Assembly: GCF_006345805.1 (NCBI RefSeq)
Contig: NW_021835631.1
Location: forward strand, 1-26,913
Length of the DNA: 26,913 bases
Source of the DNA: Octopus sinensis
Lineage: Eukaryota
Direction of reading: 5' to 3'
Shown: piece by piece, positions 1-11,498 of the stretch
How positions within the stretch are numbered: the stretch's first letter is position 1
Layout: every line of letters starts with the position of its first letter
Notes under the pieces: generated by a model
The model's input: the letters and a program-made list of their open reading frames with translations, nothing else
Told to the model about the DNA's origin: nothing
Databases searched by the model: none
Position numbers and translations under genes: made by a program

Positions 1-106
1 GAGGGAAGGAGAGAGAGAGAGAGAAAGAAAAACCAGCCAAGTAAAGTTACACCAGTAAGTTATGTGGGTCAGTGGATCAGTAGAACCAGATATTAGCGGA
101 ACGGAA

Positions 107-108
107 AC

Positions 109-199
<91 letters not shown>

Positions 200-207
200 C
201 ACACACA
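107..207. repeat. (CA)n microsatellite with AAAC interruptions
   Basis: Directly visible. Confidence 0.97.
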
Positions 208-375
208 TGAAAAACCTTCAGATAGGGACACACCCATAAACACCCAGCCCTCCCCCGTCTCCTTGAACCACACAGACACCCTCTACAAAGACGTGGACTA
301 TATACACAAACATACACGCATGCATATATGTATGAACGTATGTATGTATGAATGTATGTATATATGTGTGTGTGT

Positions 376-377
376 AT

Positions 378-410
<33 letters not shown>

Positions 411-570
411 TCACTCACATATACATACATCGATACGCACACATTGAGATTCACGCAAAATATAGAAATGTACGCCAGACACACCAGTACACTCAACAGA
501 CACGCCCCTTATATATACATATATATACATATATATATATGTAATATATATATATATGTATATATATATG

Positions 571-603
<33 letters not shown>

Positions 604-682
604 GTATATATATATATGTATATATATATATACGTTTATGAGTATGGATATATATATATATATGCGCACATATATATATATA
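376..682. repeat. (TA)n/(TATG)n microsatellite tracts with a short unique spacer
   Basis: TA runs at about 376-402 and 510-682. Confidence 0.93.
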
Positions 683-880
683 TGGGGTCTGCCACACACA
701 TTCAGTCTACCTCTGCATGTTTAAACTGGGTGGCAGGAGAGGGGTGGTCGTGCGGGTGGGGTTGTGTGATGGAGAAACTTGAGATGAACCTCCCCCACCA
801 CCCTACCCCCGAAGAAAATTAGGTTAGAATGAAATTGAATCAAAATGCAGAATTCAAATAAAAAAACTACAACAGCAATA

Positions 881-882
881 CC

Positions 883-920
<38 letters not shown>

Positions 921-928
921 CAACGACA
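881..928. repeat. (CCA)n(CAA)n compound trinucleotide repeat
   Basis: Directly visible. Confidence 0.9.
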
Positions 929-1282
929 AGCAAAAAAATAACGGAAAGAAAGAAAAAAACGCCAGACGTCTAAAGAAAGAACAAAAATAATCAAAAGATG
1001 GAAATAAACTTGCTTTATTAGCAAAAATATGTAGTTTAAATGTGTGTTGGGTATTAGTCTGTGTCAAATAGTTGTGATAACAGCACACTGCTCTCATTAA
1101 ATGCTGTCTAAATTACTAATATATAATAGTTTAACCGTTGAATTCGAATTTTATATACTTTCTCCATTCTAGTATAGATTTCGTATGAAAGAAACTTTAA
1201 TGGCGTCGTTCATTTCCTTGCGTGTGTGAAAAAGGGAGACAAATGGGGACAACGTGTGAGCGAGCGAGTGAGTGAGCGAGCG

Positions 1283-1322
1283 TGCGTGTGTGTGCTTATG
1301 TGTGTACGTGTGTGTGCCTGTG

Positions 1323-1356
<34 letters not shown>

Positions 1357-1362
1357 CCTGTG

Positions 1363-1396
<34 letters not shown>

Positions 1397-1414
1397 CCTG
1401 TGTGTGTGTGTGTG
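1283..1414. repeat. (GT)n microsatellite with 40-bp higher-order period
   Basis: GCCT at 1316, 1356, 1396; GTTT at 1336, 1376. Confidence 0.95.
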
Positions 1415-1536
1415 TAAGAGAAAGACAGACAGAGAGAGCGAGAGAGTTTTTGCTACGTCAAATATCTCCGATCATTGTTTATCGATCGAAAGCATTTCTC
1501 CTACCCATTCAGTTCTAATAATGGTTTACCGATTTT

Positions 1537-2235
1537 GGTTCCAGGTCAGCAGTTTTGAGGGAAGGGGAAGGGCTTTAGTCGATTATATCGATCCTAGTGC
1601 CCAGTTGGTACTATATTTTATCGATCCTGAAAGAGCCCAGCAGAGATACCGCTAAGCATTTTGTCCAACTTTCTAACGATTCTGCCGGCTATCAACTTTA
1701 ATAATTTTTCCCCTCAAGGCACAAAGCCTGAAATATTGTTTGAGGGGAATAGTCGATTGCATTGATGCCAGTGCTCAATTGGAACTTATTTTATCGGCCG
1801 CAAAAGGACAAAAAACAAAGTCGACCTCGGTGGAATTTGAACTCAACATAAGGACAGACAAAATGGCGCTAAGCATTTCGCTGGGCGTGCTAACGATTCT
1901 ACCATCTCACCGTGCTAAGCCGTCTTTCTTATTTTGACCTGAGGCCAGAAGTTTTGAAAGGAGAGTATTGACGATTCCATCGACTCCAGTTCTTGATTGA
2001 TTTTTATTTAATCGAGCGTAACAGTATTTGAACTCAGAGCGTAAAGAACTAGCAAAAATAGCGCTAAAGATTTTGTCCGGCGCAATAACGATTTTGTTGC
2101 CTTTGTTTGTGATATAGGCACAAGGGCAGTCATTTTGAGGGGAGGGGTAATCAATAGTTGTTTCGAATTTTGGAATAATGCTAGTAATTTTCGGACGATG
2201 GATGGTCAATTTTATCGGCCTCAATGCTCGGCTGT
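1537..2235 (-). mobile_element. Cluster of 3-4 degenerate tRNA-derived SINE (family A) copies
   Basis: Repeated matches to the 19390-19597 copy (GAATTTGAACTC, GCTAAGCATTT, CTAACGATTCT) at about 1537-1695, 1705-1912, 1938-2102, plus a partial copy at 2117-2235. Confidence 0.8.
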
Positions 2236-2460
2236 TCTTTCACAAGAAGCTTACGTTTTGCTTCACATCACTCGCCGCACGTATTTTCTGTCTGCGTTGT
2301 CCTGTTGCGAGTGATTTCTGGTAATCTGCGTGACAAGTGCTATGAGCTTATCATTGGTGGTCCCTGGAAAACACGAAGGTAATTTTCCGTTGGCTTTCTT
2401 CGAGAGTTTCTTTTTCGAAGACACCTTGTCGGTGAGATCGAGACAACTTTGTCACATTTA

Positions 2461-2963
2461 TTTGGGAATTTAGGGCATAAAGAACGGGAACAAATCGTTA
2501 AATCATTTTGTCTAACGCTCAGTCAACTTCGCCAATCAATCACCTCTAAGTGTTTCTTTATTTCATCGATCCCAGAAGGATAAAAGGTAAAGCTGACTTC
2601 AAGAGAATTTGAACTCAGAACGTAAAAAGGCGGAACAAATACTGCAAAGCATTTTGTCTAACGCTCTAACAACGTCGTAATCATCTTTCATGGACTGACA
2701 CCTTATTTTGCCAACCCATGGAAAATTAAATATAAAGTTGACCTTAGTGGGATTTGAACACAGAATGTAAAAAAGCTGGGACAAATAATTTACAGGGCTT
2801 TGTCCAACGCTCTAACAATTCCGCCATTCGAGTGTCATAGACAGGTTCTTTATGTTATCGACCCTGGGAAGAGGGAAAGTAAAGTTGACCTAGGATGAAT
2901 TTGAACTCAGAGAAAAAGTCCGAAACAATGTCTGGCATTTTGTCTGATACTCTGCCAATTCGA
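2461..2963 (-). repeat. Head-to-tail array of four ~145-bp SINE-A 5' modules
   Basis: Reverse-complement B-box GAATTTGAAC-like motif at 2466 (degenerate), 2605, 2750, 2897, each followed by TTTGTCYAACGCTC-like sequence. Confidence 0.75.
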
Positions 2964-3389
2964 CTCATCGTGTACCAATATGAATCTGGGTCTGAGAATT
3001 TCAGAAAATGGCGAATTGGCAGAGATATAGGGAGGACTCGGCCACAGTTATTGCAGTCTTAGACTTTGTTTCTTTCTAGACTAGATTCAAACACAACAGG
3101 TGACAAGTTTGTTCTTCGTCCGTTCGAGATACCTGTAATATACTGAGGATCACTCGATGTCTGTTCTATATCCTTTCAACTACTGATGACTCATTTTTAT
3201 GAGTCAATACTGAATTTCACTGAAACAAGAGTCATGGATCAATGGGTAGGCTTTTAGCCACATAGACACCGCATAACGATTTCAATCCTCACATAAAGCA
3301 ATTTTGTTCACTTTGGTTATGATATTCGGAATGACATGAAAATCCCAGCATTTCATTTTTCATTCTGGCCAGCATAATTAAATACCTGA

Positions 3390-3559
3390 ATAGGCGCAGG
3401 AGTGGATCTGTGGTAAGTAGCTTGCTTACGAACCATATGGTTCCGGGTTCAATCCCACTGCGTGGCACATTGGGCAAGTGTCTTCAACTATAGCCTCGGG
3501 CCGACCAAAGCCTTGTGAGTGGATTTGGTAAACGGAAATTGAAAATAATAATAATAATA
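3390..3559 (+). mobile_element. tRNA-derived SINE family B, short form with (AAT)n tail and 16-bp TSD
   Basis: Head GGCGCAGGAGTGG, B-box GGTTCAATCCC, CORE-like TTGGGCAAGTGTCTT; perfect ATAATTAAATACCTGA at 3374-3389 and 3560-3575. Confidence 0.9.
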
Positions 3560-4119
3560 ATAATTAAATACCTGATGCTATCCTTGCCTACTCTGTGTGG
3601 AATTTAATGCTAACTCCACCTCTTCCACGTTTCGACACGCCCAGTTCACCATAATTTAAATACCAAGGCTGACTCCACCCATTTTTCGTCTAATTTCCTA
3701 TTCGTTTACTTAGCACTTATTGCAACAAACGCAGACGCGATCCGACGATATCTTCTTTCATCGGTGTTGACCTCCTCCGCCTTCTCTTCCTTTTCTGTTT
3801 ATTTTATATATAAATAATATAAAAAAAAGAACTACTTTTCTCCTCCTACTTTACTTTTATCTACAAGACAAGAGAAACGAGAACAAGGAATACTTAATAC
3901 AAGGACCAACTAAGTCGTTTCTTTAAGAAAATGTTGACTCAAGCCATTTCATATTTATTTTATAAAATCTTGACTCCACCCATGTCACGTTTATCAGAGA
4001 AAGTCTTCAAGATCTTTCATCACCGCTATTCCATATTTAGATCATCAAATCTTGTCCTTGTTCCCGCTGTCGAATCGCCCAGTCTGTGCGCATATATTGG
4101 TGTGTGTGTGTGTGTGTGT

Positions 4120-4156
<37 letters not shown>

Positions 4157-4228
4157 GTGTTCTGACTGCAGACTTTCATTCTAAAACTGTCGTAGTACGC
4201 ATCGAAATGATTTTTCATATTGTTACCA

Positions 4229-4512
4229 GGAAATGCAGCAGCAGAATCGTTGGCATGCCGGACAAAATGCTTCGTGACGTTTCGTCTGCTTTTATGGTCT
4301 CTTATGCTCTGAGTTCAAATTCTGCCGAAGTCGACTTTGCCTTTCATCCTTTCAGGGTCGATAAAATAAGAACCAGTTAAACACTGGGGTTGATGAAATC
4401 GACTTAATCCGTTTGTCTGTCCTTGTTTGTCCTCTGTGTTTAGCCCCTTGTTGGTAGTAAAGAAATAGGTATTTCGTCTGCCGCTACGTTCTGAGTTCAA
4501 ATTCCGCCGAGG
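4229..4512 (+). mobile_element. SINE family A, long-tailed copy fused to the partial body of a second copy
   Basis: GCAGAATCG A-box remnant; B-box GAGTTCAAAT at 4311 and again at 4493; tail GCCCCTTGTTGGTAGTAAAGAAATA joined to GGTATTTCGTCTG. Confidence 0.88.
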
Positions 4513-5355
4513 AGGATTGTAATATGGTATTACTTTATATTTCAGTTAGGAGGGAAGGCAGTGAGTCTTTAAAGTGCTCCCGAAACGGGTGTTATGGAGG
4601 AAGCTATCCTCAAACCAAAGATTTGGATTCTGTAAAGTACCAGGTGGTGGTATTATACACAGTGACGTAATAATTCTTCACTCCTTATAATAACATTGGT
4701 GTCATGACCAGCACAGAAATAAATTTCTTTTCTCTTATCAACACATTTCCTGAATCAACAACATTTCAATAAGTTTTTCAACAGGCACAATGTAAAAGTA
4801 GGCCTCAGCTGTACGCAGAATATGTTCTGTGTCATAAAGAATCGAAATAACAAAATATTTGCTATAAAGTAAAAAACAAACAACATTATCATGTAATTAC
4901 CAAAATATGCAGTTTTCTGGCCGTTAAATAAAAAACAAACAAACTATGGAATGAAGTACAGTATACCGTGTTGACATCTTTATAAACTATTCACTTACAT
5001 TTGCAGTGCATTTCCTTCAAAAGTTAGTTGCACCAGAACAGTACATTTCTCTACTAACACATTATTAAGAGATTAAACCTTTTACTGCACACATCAGATA
5101 TATCCATTCAAATTTTCATTACTCTTAACTGCGGAAAGCAGTTTTATACACATACCAATCTATCGTTTGTTGAGGAATGTAATCTTTGAAACTATTTTTG
5201 CTTAAATATGTCAAGTTTACTGAAGGAGCGTGACTTGCAGAAAATACCAACTCTATTTTTGGTTAGATATATTTAACATCATTACTGGAATAACCGTGAA
5301 ATTTTCATTTTGCAGTTAAAGAGTTAAGAAACCAAAGCAAGATCACCGACAGTAA

Positions 5356-5553
5356 ATGGAGAGATCAGAGACATTAGATACAGAACCGGCGTTTAGAAAT
5401 GGATTAAATTGCTGTGTTATTATTTTTACAGCGGAATCTCAAATTGTACACGCCACTCCAAACCTAAACAAAAGAAATGAACTTGTTTCGACCTGTCTGC
5501 GCACTCCCTGGCAACTTGTCTTGAACTTTAAGATTGACTATCCTGACATATGA
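5356..5553 (+). pseudogene. Possible decayed C-terminus of a Penelope-like (GIY-YIG) retroelement ORF
   Basis: EPAFRNGLNCC...E..I.HATPNLNKRNELVSTC resembles the C-x2-C...LNKRxELVSxCRH end of Penelope-type ORFs; recognised by eye and degenerate. Confidence 0.45.
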
Positions 5554-5791
5554 TGAATAGCAGTTGACGTTAGAGAACATGTGACCATATACGGCCAGTG
5601 AATGGTATTGAAAACACTCAAATGGGATCAGCGAATTTCTTCTCAATCCGTTCGTGTGTACAGATCGATTCACGAAAACTTTAGGTCCGGTTATATAATC
5701 CTGTTTACCTTACGTGTTACGAGTATATAAATATATGCGATTCGACACATCTCCACAAAGGCGTATTGAGCATTTTATTATTTTGTAACGC

Positions 5792-5794
<3 letters not shown>

Positions 5795-5850
<56 letters not shown>

Positions 5851-5917
5851 ACGAACATACACACACAAACGCTCATATATGTATACGTCTATGTATGTAT
5901 GTATGTATGTATGTATG

Positions 5918-5954
<37 letters not shown>

Positions 5955-6050
5955 ATATACATAATACACTTATACATACATGTGTGTATGTATAAGTGTA
6001 TGTATGTATGTATCTATCTATATAGATATGTGTATACACACATGCACACA
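5795..6050. repeat. (CA)n, (TATG)n, (TATC)n compound microsatellite
   Basis: Directly visible. Confidence 0.92.
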
Positions 6051-6060
6051 CAAGTATATA

Positions 6061-6163
6061 CTTTCATATTTTCGATGGTCGATAAAATAAGTACCAGATG
6101 AGTACTAGGATCGATGTAATCAACTTATTTCTTACCCCCAATTTGCTACCCAGAATTTGAAAC
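6061..6163 (+). mobile_element. SINE family A 3' fragment followed by (ATC)n
   Basis: GGTCGATAAAATAAGTACCAG...GATCGATGTAATC. Confidence 0.7.
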
Positions 6164-6606
6164 CATCATCATCATCATCATCATCATCATCATGTTATTG
6201 ATCACTCCATTATTGATGAAAGCGATCTGGAGGCAACAGTCTAAGTTTCGAACCCGTCTACTAACAGACCCCCAATCCCCATGCCTCTGCCTTCCATAAC
6301 ACATCAGTGACACACATAAACATCGGTCAATGGCATTGTTGGAGTTTCTTATTCCCGGGGCAGTGTCTAAGTCCCCTCCCGTGAAAACATAACATAATAC
6401 ATAGCCTCATGCCGCCACTACAATTTGCCGTCGAGGGCGGGTAACCCTCCTCAGCCTCTTTTACCTACTTTTGCACTCCCGACTACAACTACACCTTGAT
6501 GGCAAAGCTACGAAAGTCTGACATCACCGATGTATATAGGAAATATACAGTTAAGAATAATATGAAGTCGCAAGTCAACACGGAAAAGAAAAACCTTCCA
6601 AATAAC

Positions 6607-6692
6607 CCTTTCTGTTCTAGGCACAAAGCCTGGAATTCGGGTGGGAGCGTTATTCGATTAGATCGACCCCAGTGTTCAACTGGTACTTATTT
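6607..6692 (-). mobile_element. SINE family A 3' fragment
   Basis: CTAGGCACAAAGCC...GATCGACCCCAGTGTTCAACTGGTACTTATTT. Confidence 0.75.
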
Positions 6693-6850
6693 AGAAAATT
6701 ACTATTTTTAAATCTCACAACGAGACATATTCAGCAACAGTACTTTGGAGTAAAGATTGTTTGCCAACATAACATGGCAGTCCTGGTTTAGGACGAATGT
6801 TGCTGTAATTTAGCCCCAGGAGATATCGTCTCCAGCTGGCTATATTACAC

Positions 6851-6996
6851 TATATTTTCGAACAAGGGAATCTAGCACCCCCACTCAGCTCAAAACAATA
6901 TCTGCGTATCGCGAAGCGAAATAACATGGAAATCGCGATACAAAGATAGTGTTTTGAGCTGAGTGGGGATGCTAGATTCCCTTGTTCGAAGATATA
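6851..6996. mobile_element. Palindromic MITE-like element with 64-bp arms
   Basis: 6851-6914 is the reverse complement of 6933-6996 with 5 mismatches; 18-nt spacer; TATA at both ends. Confidence 0.8.
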
Positions 6997-7022
6997 AGGA
7001 TACAGATACATATATATACATA

Positions 7023-7100
<78 letters not shown>

Positions 7101-7103
<3 letters not shown>

Positions 7104-7223
7104 GCATGGTTCCGGGTTCAGTGCCACTGCGTGGCACCTTGGGCAAGTGTCTTTTACTGTAGCATCGGATCAACCTAAACCTTGTCCATGGATTTGGTAG
7201 ACGGAAACTGAAAGAAGTCCATC

Positions 7224-7274
<51 letters not shown>

Positions 7275-7485
7275 TGTGTGTGTTTGTGTGTCTGTATTTG
7301 TCCCCCTACCATCGCTTGACAACCGATGGTGGCGTGTCAACGTCCCCGTAACTTAGCGGTTCGGTAAAAGAGCCCGATATATTAAGTACTAGGCTTACAA
7401 AGAATAAGTCGTGCGGTCAATTTGTTCGACTAAAGGCGGCGCTCCAGCATGGCCGTAGTCAAATGACTGAAACATAGAAGAAAAC
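7101..7485 (+). mobile_element. SINE family B, long form with internal (TA)n(GA)n; 5' end missing
   Basis: Matches the 3390 copy, then continues GAAGTCCATCG-microsatellite-GCTTGACAACCGATG...GCTCCAGCATGGCCG...TGACTGAAAC. Confidence 0.88.
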
Positions 7486-7998
7486 ATATATATATATATA
7501 TATATATGGGTGCGTTTGCCCTGCGTGCAACTGTAAGAGAGAGAAAATAAAGCATAATAGACAAGAATATTTTGAAAACTTGTTTGAAGTGAAGTCTGTT
7601 AATTATATAAAGGAAAACAAACCTTAAAAAAACTAAGCAAATAATACAAAAACATGTCTGCTTGGTTATTTCCGTCTACGATGACTTCTCCTCCCGCTGT
7701 AAAGAAGAAAAAAAAAAACTCAAAACAAACAAAAACAGACAAATACCCAAGCAACACAACTATGTGTTTGTGTCACCTGGTACCACAAATCCGGATTACT
7801 TTCGCAATCCGACACGTTTTCTAATTATTTGGTTTAAAATTCACTTTTAGATAAGTACGTGGATTGGTATTTTGGAAGGAAACATTTTAAAAGAAGACTT
7901 CTCCCTTTTTTTTAAAAAAAAACAAACTCTCACTGCTTTGTATCTCTCCTCTTTACCTCTCTCCGCTTTGTTACTCTCTCAGTGTCAGGCTCTTCATT

Positions 7999-8032
<34 letters not shown>

Positions 8033-8153
8033 CTGCCTACGAGTACCGACTGTTGTCAATAAGCTCGATGTTGGGTCATTTGATAGTATGTCTGTACGTA
8101 TGCTGTGTGTCAACACGTGCCTATACAAGTCGATGTGTATATACGGATGCACA

Positions 8154-9220
<1,067 letters not shown>

Positions 9221-9250
9221 TAATCTCACGTATCTCCTCTTATTAATATA

Positions 9251-10089
9251 GAGGTGACTGAAGCGCACACAGCCTTGAAACGTTGTGCCGAAGACACCGT
9301 TGAAAAGCCAAGTTCAGTAATAAGTGAAGTATTAACAAATGCCTCTCGGGTGACACTTGGATCATTGCCAGATGCTTCAGACACGAGGAAAACTATAAAA
9401 CGCAAAAGGGAACCTTAAGCGCCCCACCTCCGTGCCCTGTAGATCTCCAAGAGTACCAGTAAAAAATTTACATTTCTGTGGAAGGAAGAGAAAATTTCCT
9501 GATCGGTGATCAATTGAAATAAAAAGATGTTTTTTCTAATTAGCGCAAAATATGCACAAAAAGATAGCAGCCATGGGTTACACTTCTGTGTACAACAACG
9601 ATGCTACCTTTGCACTAAAAACCAGGATGATATTAAGTTTAGCATTGGTTCCTGTTCCAGATATTGGTACGTATATTGATACCCTCTCTGGGGATATACC
9701 TGAAGAACTTCGAAGACACCTATATTGGAAGTCCAAATCGACGTGGAAATAGTAGAAGACCTTCACTCTTCCCTCATGAAATGTGGAATTTTTAGGAAAA
9801 GACGTCACTCGAGGAAGTCCGGACAAATAACCATGCTGGAGCAGCAAACAGAAGACTCCAAACAGAGCTGGGAATGGAGCACCCCACAATTTGGAGAGTC
9901 ATAAATGGACTACATAAGGGGCAAAGAAACGGAGGGGCATTTTTTGAGCAACTGATTGGCGGTCATCCTCCTCACTCTAAACTGAAGAACTATGTGAAGG
10001 CAGATGATAGAATTCTGCATATTGTTTCTTCTTTTTCAGAACGATCTCCCACAAAATATTAGAAGGGATTTGCATAAAACTTCCAGTAA
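9251..10089 (+). pseudogene. MULE transposase pseudogene (frameshifts, stops, internal deletion)
   Basis: Fragments LKRCAEDTVEKPSSVISE..GSLP..RKTIKRKR; AQNMHKKI..GY..VYNND..F..RMILSLALVP; TNNHA..ANRRLQTELGMEHPTIW..Q..FEQLIGG..K..Y..D.RI..IV, typical of animal MULE transposases. Confidence 0.78.
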
Positions 10090-10325
10090 ATTTCTCATTT
10101 ACATTTTAGCCTTAAATCATATATAAATAGTTTCTCAATTATTTTTGTTCGAATTTTAAAACTTATGTCATGTAATAAATTACTATTTTTATAAATACCT
10201 GATAATGTTATAAAACGAATAAATCATTTATTAATCAATTTTCTTGGTGTGGAGTTGTCTTCGTCTTGAGTCGGCGGCGTTGAGTCGGCGGCGTTAAGTT
10301 GGCGGTGTTGAGTTGTCCTGCACCC
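9251..10325 (+). mobile_element. Degenerate Mutator-like (MULE) DNA transposon with right terminus retained
   Basis: Transposase remnants, then AT-rich 3' region and a terminus with 14-bp repeats TGAGTCGGCGGCGT ending in GCACCC. Confidence 0.75.
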
Positions 10326-10444
10326 ATGCAGAGGTATAATGAAAAAGAAAGAAAGCAAATTAGTCTCCATTATCTCCTCTATATTGAATTAAAATTTCAT
10401 ACACCTATTTGTAGAAATAAGGGAATTATTGAAAATTAAAAACT

Positions 10445-10470
10445 CTCAGTGATTTTTGGGCCACCCTGTA
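10445..10470 (-). mobile_element. Possible isolated Tc1/mariner-type TIR end
   Basis: Reverse complement TA|CAGGGTGGCCCAAAAATCACTG resembles mariner-type termini; no partner TIR found. Confidence 0.35.
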
Positions 10471-11498
10471 TAAACAAGGATAGAAATTCAAATAAATATC
10501 AGTGAAAAGTGTGTGTCTGTAACAAATATTTTTCTACCCGAATATGCTATCCCGGATACAGCAGAACACATGCATGATCTAACCTCTTCTGATTCGTTTT
10601 TCGTTTTTCTCTTCTCCTCTTATTTTCTATTCAGTTTTATTCCCATCCGCATCTTTCTTCAGCTGCGAGTCCTTCATCAGATTGCCGGTCGAACTATCAT
10701 ATTTCTGTTCAGATTCGTGAATGCTGAGAGAAGAGCGGCCCATAATCAGTATTTCCTTGTTCTCCGTTTTAGACCAATAAAATTGCGAGAAAAATTTAGA
10801 GCACAAAAATTTGTTGGCATTTTTCATCCGTTAACTAATCAAATACTGTAAATAATTGTAGAGGAATTTTAAAATTCTATCCTTTCACAGGATTGGTATT
10901 AAATTAAAAAAAAACTAAAAAAAGTGACACCAGCAAAAACAAAAAAAAAATATTGCTACTTGACTCATTATGAAGGATATACACATATATGTGGTCGCGC
11001 GTGCGCGTGTATGCATTTGTGTGTGCGCGTGTGCGCGTTAAGTCGCTCTTGACTGCTACTTGTAACATGCATCGTTGCATGGTCGGGCCATCGGTGACAA
11101 ACACAGTAAAGGGTTCTTGGTGAGTAGGGCGCAAGTTGGTCTGTCAAAGGGCGGCTGTACTCAGAAGAGTCAACGGTCATCATATATATATATACATATA
11201 TATATATACATATATATATGTGTTCTTTTATTCTTTTATTTGTTCAGTCATTTAGCTGCGGCCATGCTGGAGCACCGCCTGTTGACGAACAAATCGACCC
11301 CAGGACTTATTCTTTGTAAGCCTTATTCTATCGGCCTCTTTGCCGAACCTCTAAGTTACTAGGACGTAAACACACCAACATCGGTTGTCAGCCGATGGTG
11401 CGGGGACGAGCACAGACACACAAATACATTCATAAATACATACATACTACATGCATATATATATAATATATATAATACCGGAGTAAACACATAAAAAG

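Noticed and set aside
62-822. His/Thr- and Ile/Tyr-rich ORFs
   Set aside because: Translations of (CA)n and (TA)n tracts.
3183-3232. CTGATGA...GAAAC..GTC as a hammerhead
   Set aside because: Stems I and II do not close; only the local TGACTCAT/ATGAGTCA hairpin is real.
3392-3465. tRNA gene calls for SINE heads (here and SINE-A copies)
   Set aside because: A/B boxes are present, but I see no complete cloverleaf and they run into SINE bodies.
10267-10322. CRISPR-like short direct repeats
   Set aside because: Contiguous 14-bp units with no spacers or cas genes; they fit a transposon terminus.
10513-10851. Overlapping 112-aa (+) and 66-aa (-) ORFs
   Set aside because: No recognisable domain, and the putative minus-strand exon has stops in all three frames.
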